Counted from the stretch's first letter, positions 25,474 to 33,630 are shown. The stretch: DNA of 36,946 bases from Minisyncoccota bacterium (GCA_018061585.1 JAGOTU010000002.1:1-36946); one strand, 5' to 3'. The notes: generated from the sequence alone by a model not told the origin. Numbers and translations are program-made.

Positions 25474-27228
25474 TTATGGTGTTAGCACGACAGACGCACG
25501 CGCGTCCGTCGTCGAAATGACGACGTTCGACGACTGCGGCTGGAATCCGGTCTTTGACACATTTAATGTGTATGTGCCGCTCGAAAGGGACGGGAAGTAC
25601 ACCTGTCCGCACGCAGAAGTATTCAGGGTCGTATCGGTCGTCGTACTGAACAATTGTACCGAGGCATTCTGTATATATGAATCATCTCCCTGTCGAACAT
25701 CCACGACGAGCGACCGCGGTGTATTGGTGGCAACATAGAGCCTGGTGATTTGTGATGCTCCCGGCGACAATAACTCCGGCTGCGGCGCACATACTTCTGC
25801 GGTTTCGAATCCGCTCATCGTGGTCGGATCTATCGTATAAGTGTCCCATTCTATGGACGGCAGATTGATCCGTCCCCCACCGTCACTGGTGCTCGTCGCA
25901 TTGTATTTATAGACCGTCGGACTATTTCCGATCGTTTTTAGCCCGCGGACCGTAACCCCGAGACTTGGGAAGACCTCCGGCCCGTATGTATATGAAATGG
26001 CCCACGAATCAATAGAAGGTGTGGCGCTCGAGCTAGAACTTATGAGCGTCGCTCCTATACGCACAGCCGGATATGTTGAGGTTGAGAGCGCGGAAATATC
26101 GATCGAAGAGCTTGCGAAGCCTGCTGCATTACCGGGCAGATCACTATTCGGGATGAGCGTGGGTACGCCACCGGCCATCGTGTAAAGCGAATATACGATG
26201 TCGGTCTGCGGTGGAGTCGTATCGACCCATGAGAGTGTCCTCCAGCCGTTGAGAAGTGTTGTCGAGATATCGGTCGAAAGAATGAAGCCGTCCGTTCCAT
26301 ACGGCGGACCGATGAGTCGTGCCTCACCTGCGCTCACGGTCGTGTTGCTCGTGGTAGCTACGAAGGTCTCGCTCGAAAGCAGGTCGGTCCATGTACGGCT
26401 CTCGACGGCTTTATATGTCTGTATCGTTTTGGTCGCGAGCAGGTCGATCGCAAACGTGTACGAGGTGGTGAGGTTGTTCGATACGGTCAGGTGTCGCGGA
26501 TTCGGATTCGGATTCTGTGTGGAGACCGTATAGGTTTGAGCGGTCGAATACCCCGTCTTTGATACAACGATCTGGTAATCACTCGCAGCGGGTGCGCCGA
26601 TGAACGAGATCGAGCCTAATTCATTCGTGAATGTACGTATCGAGACCGCAGGAGTCGTTGAGTTATTCGTAATGTCGATCTGCGCATCACGAAGTGGCGC
26701 GGCATTGGCATCGACGACATTGATAGTGAGCGTTCCTCCGGGCACTGCGGTTTCAACACCCTGCGGTGAGACGCGTCCGACCACCTGAATGCTTCGGTCC
26801 GAATTCTTGTACCGCCACGAAACCTCTACGCGGATCGTCTTGTAATCGGCGATGATGTTGTTCGTGTCTGCTACACCGAGACCGTCTGCCGGATCATCCG
26901 AGTAATACACGAGCGTGCGTCTTGTGTAGGTAACACCGTTGAGAACGACCGTTTCGGTCTGTGGCACGATACCCGACGGGATACCGCCGACGACTCCGAT
27001 CGCCGAGTATGAGAGGCTTTTCAGGAACTCCATTCGCTCGTTATCGAGCGCGATGGCTCCCGCACGCGCCTTGCTGTTGCTCACTACGTCGACCGTCAAC
27101 TGGAACGCAGCTGTGATACCCATGAACACGACCAGCATGAGGGCAGTGCCCACGATCGTGTCTATCAGCGTTACGCCAGCCGTATGCGGTCTGTTCGTAT
27201 AACTGCCCTGTGTGCGGAGTGTCACCAT
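25474..27228 (-). CDS. Oversized prepilin-type pseudopilin with beta-sandwich (CarboxypepD_reg-like) modules
   Basis: MVTLRTQGSYTNRPHTAG|VTLIDTIVGTALMLVVFMG has Asp at +5. 584 aa. Segments TLTINVVDANAAPLRDAQIDI...VVSKTGY and LVVDVRQGDD...YTLNVSKTGF. Confidence 0.75.
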   Translation of the reverse strand: MVTLRTQGSYTNRPHTAGVTLIDTIVGTALMLVVFMGITAAFQLTVDVVSNSKARAGAIALDNERMEFLKSLSYSAIGVVGGIPSGIVPQTETVVLNGVTYTRRTLVYYSDDPADGLGVADTNNIIADYKTIRVEVSWRYKNSDRSIQVVGRVSPQGVETAVPGGTLTINVVDANAAPLRDAQIDITNNSTTPAVSIRTFTNELGSISFIGAPAASDYQIVVSKTGYSTAQTYTVSTQNPNPNPRHLTVSNNLTTSYTFAIDLLATKTIQTYKAVESRTWTDLLSSETFVATTSNTTVSAGEARLIGPPYGTDGFILSTDISTTLLNGWRTLSWVDTTPPQTDIVYSLYTMAGGVPTLIPNSDLPGNAAGFASSSIDISALSTSTYPAVRIGATLISSSSSATPSIDSWAISYTYGPEVFPSLGVTVRGLKTIGNSPTVYKYNATSTSDGGGRINLPSIEWDTYTIDPTTMSGFETAEVCAPQPELLSPGASQITRLYVATNTPRSLVVDVRQGDDSYIQNASVQLFSTTTDTTLNTSACGQVYFPSLSSGTYTLNVSKTGFQPQSSNVVISTTDARASVVLTP

Positions 27229-27262
27229 GAGAGAGAAAGATCAACGATCGGGGTCAGGGGGC

Positions 27263-28480
27263 TTAGATATGCTCTGAAAGCTGGTAGATGGGAGAGATCA
27301 TTGCTATAGCGAAGAATCCGACGGCGCCGCCGATGAAGAGCATGAGGAACGGTTCGATGATGGTAGACATATCCTTCGTCTTACGGTCGACTTCTGTCTC
27401 GTAATACGCGGCGAGCCGCTTCAGCATTTCCGCCGTTTGCCCCGTCTCTTCTCCGACCGCCATCATCTCCCCAACGAATGCCGGGTACAACGCATCGCTT
27501 CGAACGAACGTCGCCGAGAGCGGCTCTCCCTCACCGACAGATTTACGAGCGATCTTTAATACATCGCGGAAATAGGAATTCTGCACCACCTCCTCGGTGA
27601 TCTCGAGACTAGTCAGAACATCCACCCCGGAGCTCGAAAGTGACGCGAGCGTACGAGCCGTTCGAGCGGCGTTCACCTCGCGCACCATCGGCCCGATGAG
27701 CGGCAGGGCTAGGAACATCTTATCCGCGAGACGCTGACCGGGAGCGGTTCGGGCAAGTACATACATAGCAACGACAGCGGAGGCAATAAGGATCAGCGCC
27801 CCGATCGTGTTATTGACGAGAAAATCACTGATCGCAATGACTATTCGGGTGGATTGCGGGAGCGTTGCGTTCATTTCGATGAACGTGGATGCGAGCGTGG
27901 GCACGACCTTGATCATCATGAGCGTTCCGATGCCAAGGATCGCGACAAGAATGATGCAGGGGTAGAGCATGGCACCGCGGATCTTCTTCTTGAGGTCATG
28001 TATACGCTCCATCTGATCGGATGTGACATTGAGCGATGACGAAAGATCGCCCCCCTCTTCACCTGCACGAACCATCGCTACCATAAGCTTTGGGAAGACC
28101 TTGGGATACTTTGCGAGCGCAACATGCAACGTGTCACCGCGGCGCACGTCCGAAGCAAGCTCCGAGACGGTCGACGCGAGCTTCGGATTCTTTGACTGAC
28201 GTTCGATGACCGAAAGTGCTCGCGCGAGCGAAAGACCGGCGCCGAGCATCGCGCCGAGATTTCGCGCGAACAATATCTTGTCGTATTCCTTTATCGTACT
28301 GAAAATGGAGTTCCAGTATTTGAGACTGAATTTCTTCGAATCATCTCCCTCGTTGACGGATATGATGTGTGCGCCCTCACGGCGAATGATCTGGTAGAGC
28401 TCGAACCGGTCGTTGGCTTCGGCTACACCCTTGTACACTTCACCGTCGTTTTTCTCCGCTGTATAGGAAAAATGCGCCAT
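27263..28480 (-). CDS. pilC: Type IV pilus / T2SS platform protein (GspF/PilC family)
   Basis: 405 aa with duplicated T2SSF-type repeats and 3 TM segments. Confidence 0.93.
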   Translation of the reverse strand: MAHFSYTAEKNDGEVYKGVAEANDRFELYQIIRREGAHIISVNEGDDSKKFSLKYWNSIFSTIKEYDKILFARNLGAMLGAGLSLARALSVIERQSKNPKLASTVSELASDVRRGDTLHVALAKYPKVFPKLMVAMVRAGEEGGDLSSSLNVTSDQMERIHDLKKKIRGAMLYPCIILVAILGIGTLMMIKVVPTLASTFIEMNATLPQSTRIVIAISDFLVNNTIGALILIASAVVAMYVLARTAPGQRLADKMFLALPLIGPMVREVNAARTARTLASLSSSGVDVLTSLEITEEVVQNSYFRDVLKIARKSVGEGEPLSATFVRSDALYPAFVGEMMAVGEETGQTAEMLKRLAAYYETEVDRKTKDMSTIIEPFLMLFIGGAVGFFAIAMISPIYQLSEHI

Positions 28481-28487
28481 TCCCTTA

Positions 28488-28493
28488 AGTATA
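28488..28493 (-). promoter_or_regulatory. -10-like TATACT 7 nt before pilC ATG
   Basis: Would give pilC its own start site despite the antisense traX gene upstream. Confidence 0.45.
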
Positions 28494-28556
28494 ACGTGCG
28501 CAGTACATGAACCTGCTCAGAACATGTGTTGCGTGTACATAATCAGCACCATCGAA

Positions 28557-28565
28557 TGGTATCGT
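28557..28565 (+). promoter_or_regulatory. Extended -10 (TGgTATCGT) 6 nt before traX ATG
   Basis: Supports the 28572 start. Confidence 0.45.
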
Positions 28566-28571
28566 TGCCGT

Positions 28572-29252
28572 ATGAATGCGTTCTGGATCAAGGTCGTTGC
28601 GATCGTTGCGATGGTCGTAGATCATTTTGCGCTGATCTACTTTCCGAACTCCTGGCCACTCATCGTCATCGGACGAATCTCGTTCCCGCTCATCGCGTGG
28701 CTCGTCGCCAATGGGGCTATTCACACAAAGAATATCAATGTGTACATGATGCGGCTCGGGATATTCGCGCTTTTGGCGCAGATCCCGTACGAGATCGGCT
28801 TCTACCTGCGGGGCGATCATCCGCTCTTCCTGAACGTACTGTTCACGCTCCTTCTCGGTCTCATCGCCATACGTATCCTGCAATTCAAGGTGCACCCCAC
28901 GCTGAAGTGGATGGGCGTTGCGGCGACCGTTACGCTGGCGGCACTTTTGAATACCGACTTCGCAGCGGGCGGCGTCGTATCGATCGTTGCATTCTATGTG
29001 TTCTTTAACCGTCCGTACGCACTTATTGCGAGCCAAGTATTCATCCTCACCATTCTCACGAATCTCAGTTTCTTTATCGGCCCCGGGTTCGGGCAGTCGT
29101 TCTCCATGCATCCAATGGCGGAGTATGGGATCCTCGCGCTCCCCTTGATCCTGCTCTACAACGGCAAACGCGGGTACCCGACAGGTCTTACGTTCTATTG
29201 GTTCTTCGTGGCGCAGAACTTCGCCATACTGCTCTTCAAGATGTACACCTGA
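28572..29252 (+). CDS. traX: TraX-family membrane acyltransferase-like protein
   Basis: MNAFWIKVVAIVAMVVDHFALIYF... is a typical TraX N-terminus. Polytopic, 226 aa. Start trimmed from 28524. Confidence 0.8.
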   Translation: MNAFWIKVVAIVAMVVDHFALIYFPNSWPLIVIGRISFPLIAWLVANGAIHTKNINVYMMRLGIFALLAQIPYEIGFYLRGDHPLFLNVLFTLLLGLIAIRILQFKVHPTLKWMGVAATVTLAALLNTDFAAGGVVSIVAFYVFFNRPYALIASQVFILTILTNLSFFIGPGFGQSFSMHPMAEYGILALPLILLYNGKRGYPTGLTFYWFFVAQNFAILLFKMYT

Positions 29253-29256
29253 GGTC

Positions 29257-29296
29257 TATTCCGTGATGACTCGAAGCACTTCCTCAATAGTAGTCA
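29257..29296. repeat. Orphan copy of the pilB 3' end (direct repeat of 29401-29440)
   Basis: 38 of 40 nt are identical by my alignment. The copy encodes TTIEEVLRVITE plus a stop on the minus strand. The differences are CTT/CTC, ACG/ACC and, just outside the 40 nt, TAG/TAA. Confidence 0.9.
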
Positions 29297-29399
29297 GTCA
29301 CGCATAATTTTCCGCTGAAAATTTGCGCTACCCCACCTCGGCGCCGTCGCGCCTCCGGCCTTGCGGCGGGGCCCCACCCCCGCCTCACCCTGTACAGCC
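29297..29399 (-). other. GC-rich structured spacer between the two pilB 3'-end copies
   Basis: 29331-29390 is 51/60 G+C. Nested palindromes: GGCGGGG/CCCCGCC, GGCGC/GCGCC and AATTTTC/GAAAATT. Confidence 0.5.
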
Positions 29400-31130
29400 T
29401 TATTCGGTGATGACTCGGAGCACTTCCTCAATAGTAGTCATGCCCTGTACTGCCTTAAATATTCCGTCTTCACTCATGGTGAGCATGCCTTCTTTGCGGG
29501 CCTGCTCGTGAATAGCGTCTCCGCTTGAGTTCTTCATTATGAGTTCCTTGATGGTCGCGGTTACGGGCAATACTTCGTAGATGCCCACACGTGTTGCATA
29601 ACCCGAAGGCGACTGCCCGTTCTCGTGCGGTTTATAGAACGGGGCATTCTTCCATGTCGTTTCCGCCGAGACGATCTTCTCGTCCTTTAGGGCCTTGAGC
29701 ACTGTTCCCTGATCAATTATGTTCTCGAGGTCGGCTTGCTGGTCTTTGGTGAGTTCGTACGGCTCATGATCTGCAGTGAGACGCCGAACGAGTCGCTGAC
29801 CGATGATCACGCGGAGCGTAGAAACGAGGAGGAACGGTTCAATACCCATATCCAGGAGTCGAGCGACCGCACCGGCTGCCGAATTAGTATGCAGTGTTGA
29901 AAGAACAAGATGCCCGGTAAGCGCGGCATTCACGGCGAGCGCGGCGGTTTCTTTGTCGCGGATCTCTCCGACCATCACGATGTCCGGATCCTGTCGCACA
30001 AGCGAGCGAAGACCGTTGGCGAAAGTAAAACCGATCTCCGGTCGCACCTGCGTCTGATTCACGCGAGCCATCTGATATTCGATCGGATCTTCGATCGTCG
30101 AGATATTCACGTCCGGCGTATTCACGATATCGAGTAGCGTATAGAGCGTGGTGGATTTTCCGGCACCTGTCGGTCCGGTTGTCAAAATGAGACCCGTCGT
30201 TTTTTTGATCGCTTCGTGCATTCGCTCGAGTCCTGTGCCATGGAACCCGATGCCCTCAAGTGTGAACCCGGAGATGTTGTCACGTAGGAGTCGCATCACG
30301 ATCTTCTCGCCGAAATAGGTCGGCAGGACCGATACGCGGAACGATACCCGCTCCCCACCGCTCTCGGTCCCGAACCGGCCGTCCTGCGGCAGGCGTTTCT
30401 CGTCGAGCTTCATGTTAGCGAGCACTTTGATGCGTGCCGTTACCGCAGCGGCAGCGTGCTTCGGTAATTCCATCGCATCGTGCAATAGACCGTCGATACG
30501 GTAGCGGATGAGGAGCGTGTCTTCGAGCGGCTCGATATGAATATCGGATGCATTCTGGGCGTTGGCATGTCTGAGGAGTGTATCGACGATGCGGACCGCC
30601 GGTACACCCTCTGCCATCTGCTTCTCGTCGGTACCCGCGACCGCACTGGCCAGCGCCGCTGTTTCTCGTTCGATCACATCGCCGAGATTGTCCTTGAGAC
30701 CCTGCTGGTACTGTTTGAGAGCGAATTTAACCGAGGCGGCGTCAGTGAGGCGTGCCTGCACCTTGAGGTGCGTCTTCTTCTTGATGAAATCGATCGCTGC
30801 CAGATCATCTGTATCGAGCATCGCGACTTCGAGCTCATCACCACGGTGATTGTACGCGATGATGTTGTTGCGACGAGCGACCGGCTCCGGGATAAGTGAG
30901 AGCGTTTCGTATTTAATTTGCGTTCCGGCGAGTGAAACGAATGGAATGCCGAGAATGTACGCATACGTGCGGCGTAGCTCATCTTCGCCGATCGCATTCT
31001 TTGCGGTCAATACTTCTCCGACGGTCTGTCCGTTCTCCTTGGCCTCTTTCTCTGCGCTATCAAAATCTTTTTGCGAGACGAGTCCGGCGTCGGCGAGAAA
31101 TGTTTTTAAGTGTGTCTCCGAAATGTACAT
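29400..31130 (-). CDS. pilB: Type IV pilus assembly ATPase (GspE/PilB family)
   Basis: N-terminal MshEN/T2SSE_N-like domain, Walker A GPTGAGKSTT; 576 aa. Confidence 0.95.
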   Translation of the reverse strand: MYISETHLKTFLADAGLVSQKDFDSAEKEAKENGQTVGEVLTAKNAIGEDELRRTYAYILGIPFVSLAGTQIKYETLSLIPEPVARRNNIIAYNHRGDELEVAMLDTDDLAAIDFIKKKTHLKVQARLTDAASVKFALKQYQQGLKDNLGDVIERETAALASAVAGTDEKQMAEGVPAVRIVDTLLRHANAQNASDIHIEPLEDTLLIRYRIDGLLHDAMELPKHAAAAVTARIKVLANMKLDEKRLPQDGRFGTESGGERVSFRVSVLPTYFGEKIVMRLLRDNISGFTLEGIGFHGTGLERMHEAIKKTTGLILTTGPTGAGKSTTLYTLLDIVNTPDVNISTIEDPIEYQMARVNQTQVRPEIGFTFANGLRSLVRQDPDIVMVGEIRDKETAALAVNAALTGHLVLSTLHTNSAAGAVARLLDMGIEPFLLVSTLRVIIGQRLVRRLTADHEPYELTKDQQADLENIIDQGTVLKALKDEKIVSAETTWKNAPFYKPHENGQSPSGYATRVGIYEVLPVTATIKELIMKNSSGDAIHEQARKEGMLTMSEDGIFKAVQGMTTIEEVLRVITE

Positions 31131-31137
31131 CCGTACA

Positions 31138-31143
31138 ATTATA
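31138..31143 (-). promoter_or_regulatory. Consensus TATAAT 7 nt before pilB ATG
   Basis: No convincing -35. Implies a leaderless pilB mRNA. Confidence 0.5.
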
Positions 31144-31304
31144 TCCCAGCGACGGTCGACCGGAGTGTGAAGTTGTCCTCAATTCGAAAAGGTCTACCGC
31201 TGGACGTAGATCACTTCACCACCTTCTACATTCGGCGCGAACGGGAACATTAAATGTAGAACCGATTGTCGCTAAACACTGTTTTGAAGCGCAAACGAAT
31301 GGTC

Positions 31305-31333
31305 TTGACGACTTCGTGCACCGTCCGTATACT
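31305..31333 (+). promoter_or_regulatory. Sigma70-like promoter for nusA
   Basis: TTGACG-N17-TATACT. Confidence 0.6.
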
Positions 31334-31420
31334 GCCCGCATTAGTTCCGCCGCTGGCGGACCCTTTTTTTGAAAGGGTCTCCAGATTATTAACCGGAGGG
31401 ACAATTACAACATAATCCAT

Positions 31421-32764
31421 ATGGCACTCTTTGATCTCAAATCACTGAACTCTGCGCTCGAAGAGCTGCAGACAGAACGCGGTATTACCCGTGAATCTGT
31501 AATCGATGCGCTTGCGACCGCTCTTGCGGCGGCGTATCGCCGCGAATACGGCAAGCGCGGACAGATCATCCGAGCTACCTTCAACCCTGAATCCGGCGAC
31601 ATGGAGTTCCGCCAGGCCAAGATCGTCGTCGACAACACACTCGTTCGTCGTGAAGACGAGGAGGCCGAGGGTGAGGATGATCATCGCTCGCGATTCAATC
31701 CGGAACAGCACATCATGCTTGAAGACGCTCGCCGCATTAAGCGCGACGCGGCCCTCGACGAAGAGATCTCATTCCCCCTCGAGACGCAGGAGGATTTCGG
31801 TCGTATCGCTGCCCAGGCTGCAAAGCAGGTCATCATGCAGAAAGTCCGTGAGGCTGAACGCGCCTCTATAATAGAGGAATATGGCGAACGCGAAGGCGAG
31901 ATAGTTACCGGTCACGTGCAACGATTCGAACGCGGCAACCTCTATATCGACCTCGGACGCGCCACCGCGATCCTCCCGTACGACGAGCAGATCCCCGGCG
32001 AGCGATACCGACAGGGCGAGCGCGTTCGCGCACTCTTGCTCCGTGTGGATGAAGGCGTACGCGGCACGTTCATCCGACTCTCCCGCTCTCACCCGCGCTT
32101 TTTGACCAAGCTGTTCGAAGCCGAAGTACCGGAAATGGCAGCAGGCACAGTAGAAGTGAAGGGTATCGTCCGTGAACCGGGTTCGCGTGCAAAGATCGCC
32201 GTGCACTCTATTGATGACCATGTTGATCCCGTCGGTGCACTGGTCGGTCAGCGCGGCGTCCGTGTTGCGGTCGTTACCTCTGAGCTCGGCGGCGAGAAGA
32301 TCGACGTCGTTGAGTGGTCCGAGACCGCAGGCGACTACGTGAAGGAGGCTCTCAAACCGGCACAGGTTCTCTCTATCGAACTCTTCGAGGAGGAAAGCCG
32401 CGCTATCGTTCAGGTTGCCGAAGACCAGCAATCACTTGCTATCGGTCGAGGCGGTCAAAACGTGCGACTTGCCGCACGACTCACCGGCTGGAAGATCGAC
32501 ATCCGCTCAATGGGCGGCGAAACAGTTGCAGCAGATGATGGTGCAGCAGCCGTCGAATCTATCCCGACCGATGTCGAGAATGTAAGCGCCACCGAAGACA
32601 CGTTTGAAGTCGCGAAGAAAGACATCGCTGGAGATGACGACGAGGCGAAGGACGAAGGTGTCGATAACCTCGACCCGGTAGACCAGGACCGTGACGTAGC
32701 AGACGAAGTCGTCGAAGAACAGCAGGGTGAAGAAACAAACGACAAAGAAAAAGACGCTGAGTAA
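31421..32764 (+). CDS. nusA: Transcription termination/antitermination factor NusA
   Basis: N-terminal domain, S1 and two KH regions recognisable (GERVRALLLRVD, LAIGRGGQNVRLAARLTGWKIDI), plus an acidic C-terminal tail. Confidence 0.95.
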   Translation: MALFDLKSLNSALEELQTERGITRESVIDALATALAAAYRREYGKRGQIIRATFNPESGDMEFRQAKIVVDNTLVRREDEEAEGEDDHRSRFNPEQHIMLEDARRIKRDAALDEEISFPLETQEDFGRIAAQAAKQVIMQKVREAERASIIEEYGEREGEIVTGHVQRFERGNLYIDLGRATAILPYDEQIPGERYRQGERVRALLLRVDEGVRGTFIRLSRSHPRFLTKLFEAEVPEMAAGTVEVKGIVREPGSRAKIAVHSIDDHVDPVGALVGQRGVRVAVVTSELGGEKIDVVEWSETAGDYVKEALKPAQVLSIELFEEESRAIVQVAEDQQSLAIGRGGQNVRLAARLTGWKIDIRSMGGETVAADDGAAAVESIPTDVENVSATEDTFEVAKKDIAGDDDEAKDEGVDNLDPVDQDRDVADEVVEEQQGEETNDKEKDAE

Positions 32765-32783
32765 AAAATCTCGTCATGACATC

Positions 32784-32811
32784 AGGGGCTCTGCGGAGCC
32801 TCTTTTGTTTT
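32784..32811 (+). terminator. Rho-independent terminator after nusA
   Basis: AGGGGCTC-TGCG-GAGCCTCT followed by TTTGTTTT. Confidence 0.75.
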
Positions 32812-32838
32812 GAGACAATCTTGTTACACTCCCCCTAT

Positions 32839-33375
32839 ATGAATCTTTGGCACGACGTACCACTGGGCGACAACGCTCCTGAGGAAATTAATGTGATTAT
32901 CGAGGTTCCGAAAGGATCCAATAATAAGTACGAGATCGATAAGGCAACCGGCCTTATTAAGCTCGACCGTGCGAACTACTCGGCAGCGGCATTCCCCTAT
33001 GACTACGGCTTCGCTCCGATGACCCTCTGGGATGACGGCGATGCGCTCGACGTGATCGTACTTACTACGTATCCGCTCGACGTGGGCATCCTCGTTGCTG
33101 TACGCCCCGTTGCCGTCATCGAAATGATCGATACCGGGGAGAGCGACTTCAAAGTGATCGCAGTTCCTGTCGACGACAAGCGCTGGGACGACGTTCAGGA
33201 TCTCGCAGATGTAAATTCGCACTCACTAAAGGAGTTCCAGCATTTCCTCGAGACGTACAAGGCACTCAAGGGTAAGCCGGCTCCCGTAGAGATCAAAAGC
33301 ATTCAGGGCAAGGCCGCCGCGATTGAAGCAGTAAAGAAATCGGTAGAGATCTACAAGGAAAAATTCGGCAAATAG
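32839..33375 (+). CDS. ppa: Inorganic pyrophosphatase, family I
   Basis: MNLWHDVP...INVIIEVPKGSNNKYEID...YDYGF...DGDALDV. Start trimmed from 32776. Confidence 0.95.
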   Translation: MNLWHDVPLGDNAPEEINVIIEVPKGSNNKYEIDKATGLIKLDRANYSAAAFPYDYGFAPMTLWDDGDALDVIVLTTYPLDVGILVAVRPVAVIEMIDTGESDFKVIAVPVDDKRWDDVQDLADVNSHSLKEFQHFLETYKALKGKPAPVEIKSIQGKAAAIEAVKKSVEIYKEKFGK

Positions 33376-33407
33376 TCGTTCTTCGGAGCAATCCACATGT
33401 TGCTCGT

Positions 33408-33435
33408 GTACACCCGCCACACATGGCGGGTGTAC
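33408..33435 (+). terminator. Hairpin after ppa
   Basis: GTACACCCGCC-ACACAT-GGCGGGTGTAC, 11-bp stem with a weak U-tract. Confidence 0.5.
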
Positions 33436-33438
33436 TAT

Positions 33439-33630
33439 ATGCGCATGCCTACCGCCGAACAGACTCCCGCGCAGAATCAACCAAAAGATGAAGGCGCAGG
33501 ACCGATCATCGGAGCCATCATCATCGTTATTCTGCTTGTGTTCGGTGCACTCTATTTTTGGGGACAGAAGCTGAACAAAAAACCGCATCCCGACGCTCCG
33601 CTCGTGCAAAGCCAGATATCGATCGACTAG
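33439..33630 (+). CDS. Candidate small single-TM protein
   Basis: MRMPTAEQTPAQNQPKDEGAGPIIGAIIIVILLVFGALYFWGQKL.... The earlier ATG at 33397 lies inside the ppa hairpin. Confidence 0.4.
   Translation: MRMPTAEQTPAQNQPKDEGAGPIIGAIIIVILLVFGALYFWGQKLNKKPHPDAPLVQSQISID

Noticed and set aside
28485-29111. 208-aa ORF antisense to traX; similar long shadow ORFs at 12475..13191(+), 14572..15270(-), 16801..17403(+), 31769..32431(-) and 3517..4053(+)
   Set aside because: Each overlaps a CDS with clear family signatures on the other strand or frame. They have biased Arg/Asp/His composition typical of antisense frames in GC-moderate DNA.
29331-29390. G-quadruplex on the minus strand of the GC-rich spacer
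   Set aside because: Only three closely spaced G-runs. The fourth is about 40 nt away. Duplex hairpins explain the sequence better.
29323-29511. 62-aa ORF across the GC-rich spacer into pilB
   Set aside because: Pro/Ser-rich translation of a palindromic GC tract that then reads antisense through the pilB 3' end. No start signals.
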